Source: Octopus sinensis (taxonomy: Eukaryota). Taken from it: a DNA stretch of 64,000 nt. Below the pieces are notes generated by a model. It saw only the letters and a list, made by a program, of their open reading frames with translations, made no database searches and was not told the origin of the DNA. A program made the translations under genes and the position numbers. The stretch is taken from NCBI RefSeq assembly GCF_006345805.1, contig NC_043007.1:30876001-30940000 (forward strand), read 5' to 3'. Below are positions 1 to 11,041 of this stretch, piece after piece (the stretch's first letter is position 1; each line of letters starts with the position of its first letter).

Positions 1-330
1 CGATCTCCTACCCATATAAACGGGAGATGTCATTCTTCGAGCTTCTTGGTCGCTGGTTCATATGGCAGCTACCATCGCATATTGTTTCCCTTGTAGAATT
101 GTGTAGAACTGGGGCCCAAATATCTTGCAAGCATTTTTCAGTTTCTGCCGTGGCAGCAAATTTAAATCTTCTATCCTTGCAGCAATTTCACTTATTCTTT
201 CGGGGTTAGATTTTTGCCTTCTCAAGCCACATAAGAGACATAACTCCTGGTTTCATATCTTCTTCTTTTTCATACAAGAGAGTCTTCTCTTTCAGATCTT
301 GCACCCCAATGCACGGTTCTCTTGCTAACT
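1..330 (-). mobile_element. Decayed retroelement remnant, probably Penelope-like RT N-terminal region
   Basis: Stop-interrupted minus-strand frame ends ...PRSSKNDISRLYG, resembling the PLE 'P..S..PRLYGLPKIHK' motif; upstream part weakly resembles 'DKG..V.M....EK'. Confidence 0.35.
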
Positions 331-399
331 GCCCTCCACATGGAGAAAGTTATTGCTGCTGCTGTTGTTGTTAAGCAACAAGACGGGTAAGGGTGATTA

Positions 400-1260
400 G
401 GTGATGGTCTAGGGCTTAGGGGCGGGAGACCCCAGACCTTGGAAAAAAAACTTTGGTCGTCCTGTTGTAGTCGAGGGCTCTTCGTTGACGCCCAACACCA
501 CTGGGAGTTGGCCCTCGAAGTCGCTGGAAATGGAGACGTCGTATTCCGTTACCATGACAAGCGCCGGCCTCTTTGCTAAACACTTCTCCAAAATTTTTAA
601 ATCTAGCTTCAATAGCATTATGGGCCTAAAATTTTCTATTTGATCCCCTTTTTGGGGTCATTTCTTAGCAGTGCCACCGTTCCTTGATTCACAGATTTGG
701 GAATTCTCCCGTTCTGCTCCCAGTTGCAGTAGATATCTGCTAAAAGGCCGCCAAACAAATCTGGCATACAACAGTAAAGCTCGTAGGGCAGATCATCCAA
801 ACCACGCGATTTATTCTTTCCACCTCCCGTGAAATCCATCATCGCATCCCGTAATTCTGCGGCTGTTACTGGTTTTTCACAACGTTCCGTTCCCACACAC
901 AAACACCTTGTGGTGGGGGTGGAATCGTAGCATGCCGTCGAGCTAGGCACTGAAGTACATCCTGCGTCCCGGACTTCCATTCGTTCCAAATAGTTGGGTG
1001 AAGTACTATTGAAAAGCCGCACACATCTGCTCGGGCTTGAGTACCGTGAACCCATTTTAGTCCGCCACAGACTTGAATTGTGGCTTTGTTATTACGTTGG
1101 GTCTCTGCCACTCAGGCCCATCAAATGCTTTAGTTCCTTCTTGTCTTAGAGCACGCACCTTAATACTTATAATGCACCCTTCGTGTTTAGCGTTGAAGAA
1201 TTGGTCCAGGACTATCTCACGGCCAGCACGGCGGCTGCAATGCCTTTCCTAAGCGCCTCT
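400..1260 (-). mobile_element. L1/Tx1-like non-LTR retrotransposon ORF2 fragment (frameshifted)
   Basis: ORF 636..1055: PVTAAELRDAM..KSRGLDDLPYELY..G.IPKSVNQGTVALL; ORF 409..618: LLKLDLKILEKCLAKR (degenerate 'LLNTDYKILAK.LA.R'). Confidence 0.7.
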
Positions 1261-2599
1261 TCTAAATTTCTACCTAAGTTCCCTTCTGTTATATTTATTT
1301 CTATCACTAATCCCTTACTAAACCTAACTGGTTGTTGACGATTGCCCCCATCAATTAGACCATCCGTTTTTACTCTGTGGTTTTTAAAAAAATCAAAAAT
1401 AAAGAAGAAAGATTAGGAATCTTGAGATGTTGTTTGTTGCACACATGTCTGAATGTTTGTTCAGAGGAATCTGTCCAACATTACGGTTTGGTATCTGCTA
1501 TTTATGAATAGTAAGTCAGCATCTCAAAGAAGAATTTGTTTCCCCTGTGTAATCTTCGTTAGAACCGTTACATTCAATTAAATGTTTGGATGAACAGGTG
1601 AAAATCCTTTTGACAGTGAAAATATATCCCGATTTGAATTTATAAGGTGTGTCTTTCCATAATGCAGATGCAAGTCCCGCTTTTGGAACCGCCATACTTT
1701 TTGACTTTTGAGATTGTGTTTTTGGGTGGCAATTTGGCGTCGATTTTGGTTGTCTTTTGCTTTCAGTTATTTTGAATATTTCAAGTGCATTTCTCATCTT
1801 TTAGTCTTGTTTCAATAACAGGATGTTTTGGCAGGTTAATTCTGATTTTCTTGGGCTGTGTGTTGTTATGTTAGATTATTTGGTATATTGGAATTGTTTT
1901 TGTTCTTCGTATTTCTTGAATATACATTGCTTTGTCTCATTCTATCTTATTATCAATAAAGTGTAAATGTATCTAACCAAAGTTGCACTGAAAACTTTAT
2001 TGCAAGTTTTATTCTCTTGTTACGTACCATTTTGAAAACCCGTCCGCAACCAAAATATTACCATGCCAAACCGGTGGGGTGCGCCCCCAACTTTCGAAAC
2101 AATATATCATAGTCTCCACCCAATGCCTGCAACTTGTTCTGGAGGGAGTGAGATGAGAGTACAAATTCGAAACAATTAAACATATTCTTCGTGCAAGATT
2201 AAACGGCGTATTTTGGTGCATTTTGAGTGGCTTGAAGTATTGTTTTGAATCCGTCTGTTTGTAGTGAATGTTGATTTCAATGTTCGTGTCTTTTTTTATA
2301 ATTAAAATATCCAGGAATAGCAGTTGATCGTGACTGAGTTCCATTGTGAAGTGTATATTGTTGTTTATATTATGAATTAGGTCATTAACCTGGTCAAGAC
2401 AGTGATCCACAATGAAGCAGTCGTCTAAGTAACGTTTCCAGTCTTGTAATAGGTATTTGTGGAAGTTGATGCAATACATTGATTTATATTGTTTGTATAT
2501 TTGAATCTCTAGGGACGCTATGATTAAATTCATATAAGTTGGAGAAACCTTTGTTCCCATCACAGTTCCAATTATTTGTTTGCAAATTCAACCAATGGA

Positions 2600-2844
2600 T
2601 TTGCTCTCTTTACTCTCTTTTACTTGCTTCAGTCATTTGACTGCGGCCATGCTGGAGTACCGCCTTTAGTCGAGCAAATCGACCCCATGACTTATTCTTT
2701 GTAAGCCTAGTACTTATTCTATCGGTCACTTTTGCCGAACCGCTAAGTTACGGGGATGTAAACACACCAGCATCGGTTGTCAAGCGATGTTGGGGGGACA
2801 AACACAGACACAAACATATACACACACACGCACACACACACACA

Positions 2845-2894
<50 letters not shown>

Positions 2895-3058
2895 CATATA
2901 TTCGACGGGCTTCTTTCAGTGTCCGCCTACCAAATCCACTCACAAGGCTTTGGTCGGCCCGAGGCTATTGTAGAAGACACTTGCCCAAGGTGCCACGCAG
3001 TGGGACTGAACCCGGAACCATATGGTTAGTAAGCAAGCTACTTGCCACACAGCCACTT
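2600..3058 (-). mobile_element. tRNA-derived SINE, family 'A' (full-length, internal (CA)n/(TA)n)
   Basis: Head gagtggctgtgtgg..ggttcagtcccactgcgtggcacc, tail ..ccagcatggccgcagtcaaatgactgaa..aaaagag; further copies near 11085, 18225, 20810/21225, 27499, 29870, 32625, 37110/37430, 41975, 51945, 54080. Confidence 0.85.
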
Positions 3059-3401
3059 CTATGTCTATTTGAAAAATTTTTTTTACTTTTTTTATGTATT
3101 TTATTTCTTCAGTAATCAATCAGTTTTCTATCTCTTCTGGAATTTCCTTGGGGAATTTTTTAAGCCAGAATTCTATGGCGTCTAGTCCGAAGTCATTAGG
3201 TGTAGTGCTTTTGTGCTTTTGTAACTTTGTTTTGTGGGGGGGGGAAAGTAGTCTAACAAGTCAAAGTTATCCCTTAGATGCTTCAGAATGGGTTTCAGCG
3301 TTGTGTGTACATATTTGCTGAGTCTGTGTGTCACATAATTTGTGTCCGCTAAGATTGGTCTTAATCTAAGATTGTTCGAACGTGATATGATATATCATTA
3401 G

Positions 3402-3632
3402 GGCGGCGAGCTGGCAGAAACGTTAGCTCGCCGGGCGAAATGCTTAGCAGTATTTCGTCTATTTTTACGTTCTGAGTTCAAATTCAGCCGAGGTCGACTT
3501 TGCTTTTCATCCTTTCAGGGTCGATAAATTAAGTACCAGTTACGCACTGGGGTCGATATAATCGACTTAATCCGTTTGTCTGTCCTTGTTTGTCCCCTCT
3601 GTGTTTACCTCTTGTGGGTAATAAAGAAATAG
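3402..3632 (+). mobile_element. tRNA-derived SINE, family 'B1' (possibly octopus OR type)
   Basis: ggcggcgagctggcagaaacgttag..gagttcaaattc..ctttcatcctttc.gggtcgataaattaagtacc..; flanked by an approximate TSD tatgatatat(c/t)att. Confidence 0.85.
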
Positions 3633-4109
3633 GTATGATATATTATTTTGCCCTAATGAATTTTAGGGAGTCCATATAAATTGCTGGTTTTGCCTCCATC
3701 AAAGTACGTAAGGTAATCACATTCCTTGTCTTTTAAACCTTTTTCGCTGTAGAAGAATGAATGTGCTGAGTTGTTTTCCATGGCATTTCATAATTGGTAA
3801 TTGTTTACCTTTCACTAATAAATGATGTCGCACGAATAATGTGACATTTTTGTAGTAATCAACATCCATAATGACCAAAGCATTCCATTTAGCTGCTTAT
3901 TTAATTACAATGTCATTATTTATTTTGAGTTCATGCATAATTTCCCATTCCATTTGGTGGGTGTTAGATTTTTGTTTGGAGATTGGTAGTTCATGATAGG
4001 AAAAGCTGAATATAAAACCACAAATTTTATCCAACGTTTTGCTCCTGCATTTTGTTGGGTTGTAATACAAACATCTGAACCGACATTCACTACAAACAGG
4101 TTCAAAACA

Positions 4110-4400
4110 ATAATGAATGACCCAGTTAATAATACAAACAACAATATACACTTCACAATGGAACTCAGTCACGATCAACAACCATTCCTGGATATTTTAA
4201 TGATAAAATAAAGACACGAACATTGAAATCAGCATTCACTGCAAACCGACAGATTCGAAACAATATTTCAAGTCACTTAAAATACACTAAAACAAATATA
4301 CCATTTAGTCTGACAGAAGAATGTGTTCAATCGTTTCGAATTTGGATGCGAGGAATAAAAGACTCCAAGAACTAAAAGAAATACTACTTAATAGAGAATA
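4110..4400 (+). mobile_element. Inverted second copy of the Penelope-like RT thumb segment
   Basis: IHFTMELSHDQQPFLDILMIK*RHEH; sequence closely matches the reverse complement of ~2170-2390. Confidence 0.8.
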
Positions 4401-4914
4401 GTCGATAACGGTAGTGCCCCAGCATGACCGCAGCTTTAGAGCTGAAATACTTTAAAGATATTTAAAGATAATGCTAATTGATAACGAGATAGAATGAGCC
4501 AAAGCAATGCATATCCAAGAAATACGAGGAACAAAAGACAATTCCAATATACCAAATAATCGTTCTTGGTCTACCACTGGGTGTCCCACTGGTCAACCTG
4601 ATTTGAAGAATCCGTCTTTCGATTCTTTCCTGTGATATTCTAACCATGACCGTAGTACCACAGCTATTACGTTTCAATGGAGATAAGTACCGGCTCGACC
4701 TGGAGAGAATCCCTGATCTCCGAGCTGCGCACTCTGTCCAGTGGCGGCCAGCTGGCAGAATCGTTAGCGAAATGCTTAGCAGTATTTCGTCTGCCGCTAC
4801 GTTCTGAGTTCAAATTCCGCCGAGGTCGACTTTGCTTTCATCCTTTCGGGGGCGATTAGATAAGTACCAGTTACGCACTGGGGTCGATATAAACCGAACT
4901 GGCAGGAAATCAGT

Positions 4915-6600
4915 TAGCCTTGATTTCACCACCATTTCAAACACTTTGACGATATGGGAGGTGCGTGGGATCGGGCGATAGTTAACTGCAAGAGACCTCT
5001 TTCCCTTTTTTGAACACTGGGGTGACAGATTGGGACAAGAAGTGTCACGGTATAAAGCCTCAGTCTAACTAGTTTCTCTAGAGATTGATTAGAGGGGTTA
5101 CAAGTTGGTGTCTACATTGCTTCAGGAATGTAGAGGGGAATCTATCAGGACCTACAGAAGAACAATACTTTATTTCAATTATTGCTGCTATGATGTTTGA
5201 TGTAATAAAAATGATATCAGAGAAAGTATGTTGGGGATTGGGTTCGTTCAGATCCCTTATGGCAATATCAATGGAATCACCAAAGACAGGGCAGTTTTGT
5301 TTCTGCAGCACTTCTGCCATTTCTTTATGGCCATGGTGGAGAATGCTGTTTTCATCAATCAGTGGACCAATGGATGAGACGGTGGTCCTATGCTTGTTGG
5401 CATAGGAACAGAACACTTTCGGCGTCTGTTAGATCCTGCTTTTGATTACCCATTTTGCATCTGCAGGTCTTTGATTGTCCATGTAGACTTTCATGGTGAT
5501 CTGCAGACGATGTTTTTCCAACTCAAAACTTCTTATTGCTGTTGAATTGTTGGTGGTAGAATTTTAATTACTCTTTTACTTGTTTCAGTCATTTGACTGT
5601 GACCATGCTGGAGCACTGGGTTTTTTTTTTAATGAGTCTTTTGATTCTTCAGATGAGTGTTTCTTCTCTCTTGGGACCCTATTCCTATCAGTGCTTGTGA
5701 GTTTCGTAGGAGCGTGTTTTGAGCATGCGTAAGTGACAATGTTCTCATAGCGCCGCCATGTTATACAACATCAGAAGAACTGTGAGTGAAGGACCAATCG
5801 GTAAGTTGCAGGTTTTCTTTTTCCAATTGCTCCCCAGTCTGTTTTGGTAAGGTTGATGTTGTTGTATAGGTGCAGTGGGGGCGAGTATGATTGATTTGGT
5901 TTGGGCATGCCGGAAACCAAGGTTGTAGAGTACCAGCAGCATGTGATCCGAGAGAAGAGCTTTTTTCAATTGAAACGCTATGAACGAAGCGAGCGTGGTT
6001 TATTAAGATCAGGTCCCGGATCATTTTGTCTTATCTTATTGGTTCAAGCACAAGTTGGGTTAGGGAAATTCATCAATTGAATTGAAAAATAATTCTGTTG
6101 CTGCTTTGTCTGATGTCGTGTAGTTACCTGACTTCGGAGTATTTGTAAACCAGTTCACCTTAGAGAGATCAAAAGATCGCATATCGATAATACATCCCCG
6201 GAGTTGTTCTTTTGGAGAAGGAACTGGATTCCGTTGAAACACTCTCCAAAGCATTGTGGTGGGGTTGTGGGGAGGCCTGTAGAAACCAATAGCGATTATG
6301 CCATTAACTTCGTTGAATAACAATATGGATTCACAACAGCCGTTGGAAAATATGTCCTCAGCATCCACAACAAAGGAATCAGAGAGAAAAATGGCTGCTC
6401 CTCTTTTATTTCGGTCTGCACGGATGAAGATGAAATCTGTTTCCACTTCGGCATCTTTGTGAAAGTTGTTTAGGTGGTTTTTCTGTGAGGATGAAGAAAG
6501 GGATGTAGTGTGTCCCACGTGCGATATAGAATGTTCTCGTGATTTCTTCTATGATTTTATTTTCAATTTGCTTATCTGTTGTGGGAAAAGATTGTGAAAC
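4915..6600 (-). mobile_element. Decayed CR1/L2-group LINE ORF2 (APE endonuclease plus start of RT)
   Basis: 6060..6518: DAEV..F.RADR..FSNGCCE..GFYRPP; 5761-6024: DLIL.N..SDH; 5078..5416: IGPLI..EMAEVL..VGPDRFP..LKQC; 4915-5040: VTPVFKKGKRS.AVNYRPI..TSHIVKVFE. Confidence 0.8.
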
Positions 6601-6717
6601 TAATTTTTCAGCGATTTTACTGTAAAAACTGTCTGTTACACTAAGTGTACCAAACGTTTACTAAAGCACAATTTTCACTTTCTACGCAGTGGAGTTCAAA
6701 TATGTTATTGGCCACAA

Positions 6718-7275
6718 AGGCGGCGAGGAGCTGGCAGAAACGTTAGCACGCCGGGCGAAATGCGGTATTTCGTGTCTTTACGTTCTGAGTTCAAATTCCG
6801 CCGAGGTTGACTTTGCCTTTCATCCTTTTGGGGTCGATAAATTAAGCACCAGTTGCGTACTGGGGTCGATGTAATAGACTGGTCCCCTCCCCCAAAATTG
6901 CAGGCTTTGTGCCTAGAGTAGCAAAGATTCTACAGGTGAAACGCTGTGCTCTACAACAATCTTCAAGGCGGCGAGGAGCTGGCAGAAACGTTAGCACGCC
7001 GGGCGAAATGCTTTGCGGTATTTCGTTGTCTTTACGTTCTGAGTTCATATTCCGCCGAGGTTGACTTTGCCTTTCATCCTTTCAGGGTCGATAAATTAAG
7101 CACCAGTTGCGTACTGGGGTCGATCTAATCGACTGTTCCCCTCCCCAAAATTTTCAGGACTTGTACCTAGAGTAGAAAAGGATATGTTATTGGCCACAAG
7201 GCGGCGAGTTGGCAGAAGCGTTAGCACGCCGGGCGAAATGCTTTGCGGTATTTCGTTGTCTTTGCGTTCAGAGTT
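6718..7275 (+). mobile_element. Three head-to-tail family 'B2' SINE copies (third truncated)
   Basis: Three ggcggcgag..tggcagaa(a)cgttagcacgccgggcgaaatgc heads at ~6718, ~6965 and ~7200. Confidence 0.85.
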
Positions 7276-7479
7276 CAATGCTCCGCGGCGTGAGGACCTG
7301 CGGCTTGGGGTGCTTCGGATTGAAAGTAGTGTGTGAGAGAAAATTGTCGTGTTGTAGGAGAGAAGCGTGTTCGCATGGATGATGATTCACTTGCGGTTAG
7401 TGATTCTGCAAAAAAAGAGGTTTGGGAATGTAGAAAATGCATGTGAGTAGGTGAGTCCGCCAAATGTGGACCCGACAGA

Positions 7480-9440
7480 GAGACCAGCTACCTGACTAAA
7501 CAGAGCTTGGTAGATAAAGCTATGAAAGTAATGAAGACGAAGAAAGCTCCCAGCCCTTCAGGAATCACCGCTGAGATACTTAAAATATCTGGTGGAGTGG
7601 GATATGGCCTAATCACCCGTATAGTTAATAAAATTGTCCATGTGGGAATCATACCCAACGATTGCTGTAGCAGCATTATAGTCAACTGCTACAGAGGTAA
7701 AGGTAACGCCTGAGACAGGAATACAAAATTGCTGGACCGGGTCATGAAAGTTATAGAAAGGGTCATAGGTCAACCAATTAGGAAGAAGGTTAGCCTGGAT
7801 GAGACGCAGTTCGGTTTGGGGCAAAGGAGGAGCCCTACTGATGCTACTATATTCCTGATCACTGCAGAAGCATTTAGCCAAGAATAAACCTCTGTAATTG
7901 GCCTTTGTAGACCTGGCGAAAGCTTTTGACAGAGTCCCCCGCTCCCTCATCTGGTGGTCAACGCGGAAGCTAGAGATAGATGAATGGTTAGTGAGAGCAG
8001 TACAAGCCATGTACAAGGATGCTGTCAGTAAGGTGAACGTTGGAGATGAGCATAGCAATGAATTTAGTGTGCAAGCAGGAGTTCGCCAAGAGTCGGTTCT
8101 CGCCCCCTCCTCTTGTTTATCATAGTTTATCATTGTTTATCAGAATATAACAGAGAAATTTAAGACTGGCTGCCCTTGAGTGCTTCTCTATACTGATGAC
8201 CTTGTTCTTATAGCTGAATCGCTACCTAAACTAGAGGGGAAATTTCAGGTGTGGAAGCAAGGTCTGGAATCGAAGGGCCTTAGAGTCAATTTAGCAAAGA
8301 TCAAAGTCCTAGAAAGTAGGAAAACGGACAAATCTCAAATCCCTTCAGAGAGATGGCCCTGTTCGATATGCAGGAAAGGTGTTGGTAGAAACTCCATATG
8401 GTATACTTGGTGCAAACTATGGACACATAAGAGGTGCAACGGTATCAGAAGAAGGTTGACAGAAAAAAGCCATCGTTGTGCATGGCAACGTGCACTAAGA
8501 ATGTACGGAGAACGGACCTCCTCAAATGTCGTGGTGGGGGTGTTTAGAGGTAGTAGATAGCTTCTGTTACTTACGCGACCAATTTAGCAGTGGAGAAGGA
8601 AGTTCTGAAAGCCAGTTGCTAGAATAAGAGCAAGCTGGGGAAAGTTCGGAGAACTACTACCTTAATTGATAACAAAGGGCCTCTCCCTAAGAGTGAAAGG
8701 TAGATTGTATGATACCTGTGCACGTATAGCTATGCAACATGGCAATGAAACATGGGCTATAACTACATGGGTATGCGAAGGCTTGAAATAAATGAAGGCA
8801 ACATGCTCTGCGGGATGGGTAATATCAGTGTGCATGTACGGCAAGGAAGAATTGGGTATGAGGCCGCAATTGTAGTAAGAGAGGAGACTGTGCTGGTATG
8901 GCGATATGATGAGCACGGGTCAGAACAGCTGCATAAAGAAGTGCCGATCTCTAAGTGTAGAATGGAACTTGTGGAAGAAGTAGGCCCAAGAAGACGTGGG
9001 ACGAAGTGGTGGGAAAAGATCTTCAGACGTTGAACCTCACAGGGGAGATGACAAGGGACCGAAGCTTCAGGCAGTTTGTTGTGTTTAAGAAGACATGTCA
9101 AACTAAGTAAAACCGTGACCATCCATACATACACGCATCTCCCCTGCGTCCTTCTCTGAGAGATTCAAGTCTCACGGGTTCGTATGTGCCTGTTCCACGC
9201 AAAAACACTCGTGTCAGTGCTACGTAAAAGCACCCAGGCCACTTTGTAAAGTGGTTGGCATTAGGAAGGGCATCCAGCCGTAGGAAGAGTAATACGAATT
9301 TAGACAACTGGAACCTGAGTAGCGCCCCAGCTAACCAGCTCCAGTCAAACCGTCCAACCCATGCTTCCATGGAAAGCGGACGTTAAATGAAGATGATGAT
9401 GATGATGAGTATGAGGATGATGGTGGTGGTGATGATGATG
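7480..9440 (+). mobile_element. 5'-truncated, frameshifted RTE-clade LINE with its 3' UTR and (GAT)n tail
   Basis: KAPSPSGITAEILK; AFVDLAKAFDRVPR..VRQESVLAP; LLYTDDLVL; WPCSICRKGVG.NSI..WTHKRC; C-terminus LNLTGEMTRDR..KKTCQTK*; then ggaagggcatccagc..ccaacccatgc..ggacgttaaatga(gat)n. Confidence 0.9.
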
Positions 9441-9811
9441 ATGATATAATCTAAGAGCGAACCTTTCGAAGCAAGTCTGATGAAGTTCCAACCTATTCTA
9501 CAAAACCGCAAATATTACCTAACTTTTCACGTAGAATTTTTGGGTGCAGCGTCGTTAAAACCAGAATGGCACCGAAACACTTGAAACTGGAAATTAAAAT
9601 ATAGCTAAACTCATTCTTCGTTTTCTTATTTGACTCATATTTTACTCTTCGCTGGGTCCACATATTGAATTTACCAATGTGATGCCTGGACTTTCTACAC
9701 CAACAGAATTTCGATCTTCCTTGAGATTACAATTTTCAAGAGTGTAGACGGCCTCCAACTACGGTTGAGTCTTGCATTTGAAATACTCCGATTTTCTACT
9801 TTATCAGGGCC

Positions 9812-9875
<64 letters not shown>

Positions 9876-10154
9876 ATTTTGTTCAGGTGAGGTGCAAGTA
9901 GAGAAACAGTGCTCCAGCATGACCGCAGTTTAATAGCTGAAATCGGTTATAGAGGAATAGACTATATGTGTATACGCGTGTGCGCGACTGGTCTACGCAA
10001 CATTCCCGACTGACAAACTAATACAGGGGGAATAATCAACGGAATCGTACGCAAGTTACCTCCCTTATTAAATTTACAGTCAAAGCGCGAGAAACTCATT
10101 TTATTTTGTAAGATGTTTTTAAACGACTTCCACAATTAATATATATATGGACGG

Positions 10155-10229
<75 letters not shown>

Positions 10230-10231
10230 TA

Positions 10232-10600
10232 TGTAGTGAGACCTCGACTGCATCGGTTACGAATGACCATCGGTGCACCTGAGGGGCTCCCCTCCGGGGT
10301 ACAAGTCGTGGCGGAAAGTCGCCTCACCAGCGAATGCACAACCTAGGGTCGTTTTTATGGAAGACCAGCAGTTGCCCATGCATACCAGCCTCCCCTCTCC
10401 ACGCCACCAATGTTACCCAAGGGGCCGATACAACTTGGCACCAGTGACGTCACAATTCATTTCTACAGCTGAGGGAACTGGAGCAATGTGAAATAAAGTG
10501 ACTTGCTCAAGAACACAACACGCAGCCCGCTCCGGGAATCGAACTCACAACCTTGCGATCATAAATTCGACGCTCTAACCACTAAGCCATGTGCCTTCAC
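10232..10600 (-). mobile_element. tRNA-derived SINE, family 'D'
   Basis: Minus strand gtgaaggcacatggcttagtggttagagcg..gagttcgattccc (A and B boxes), then gtgttcttgagcaagtcacttta; related pieces at ~38780-39045 and ~42800-42950. Confidence 0.8.
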
Positions 10601-10617
10601 AATATATATAGAATATA

Positions 10618-10830
10618 TTCTTTTCTACTCTAGGCACAAGGCCCGAAATTTGGGGGGAGGGGGCCAGTCGATTATATCGACCCCAGTGCGTAACTGCTAC
10701 TTAATTTATCGACCCCTAAAGGATGAAAGGCAAAGTCGACTTCAGCGGAATTTGATCTCGGAACGTAAAGGCAGACGAAATACTGCTAAGCATTTCGCCC
10801 AGCATGCTAACGTTTCTGCCAGCTTCTCGC
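10618..10830 (-). mobile_element. Family 'B2' SINE
   Basis: B head and centre with tail ..cccctcccccaaatttcgggccttgtgcctagagtagaaaagaata. Confidence 0.85.
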
Positions 10831-10993
10831 AGCCTTATATATAATATATATTATATAGATGCGTGTGTGTATAAGTTTGTTTTTACTTCAAGTTAGGAAA
10901 AGGAGTACTCAATCATTTTTGTAGAGTACATATGTTTTAACAAGAATACTGTTGACAGTGACTTCGAAGTCTCAGTCTATTTAATCTTCAACA

Positions 10994-11041
10994 GACAATC
11001 TGATGAAGGCTAAAGCAAACCGGAACTTCAGTGTCATTGTC
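10994..11041 (+). ncRNA. Type I hammerhead ribozyme-like motif with one core substitution
   Basis: GACAAT-CTGATGA-aggctaaagcaaacc-GGAAC-ttcagt-GTC-ATTGTC: 6-bp stem I, intact CUGAUGA, GAAA read as GGAA, GUC cleavage triplet. Confidence 0.55.

Larger units (their letters stand above)
1500..4110 (-). mobile_element. Decayed near-full-length Penelope-like element (RT plus C-terminal GIY-YIG endonuclease), interrupted by two SINEs
   Basis: Minus-strand order: NNDIVIK*A.K (3900), TSNLYGLPKIH (3660), LRLRPILA..VTHRLSK (3330), GLDAIEFWL (3170), GTVMGTKVSPTY..WKRYLDDCF..IHFTMELS..LLFLDILI (2009-2580), FTCSSKHLIEC..EDYTGETNSSLR (1516-1620). Confidence 0.85.

Noticed and set aside
9960-10130. CpG-rich patch with a minus-strand ATG mini-exon (MSFSRFDCKFNKG) and GTAACT donor
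   Set aside because: The nearest candidate downstream exon (9675-9800) has stops in all three frames, so no gene model is supported
10520-10600. tRNA-like sequences here and at 3402, 17650, 27499 and 62638 as tRNA genes
   Set aside because: A and B boxes run straight into multi-copy SINE bodies, with no complete acceptor stem or poly-T terminator
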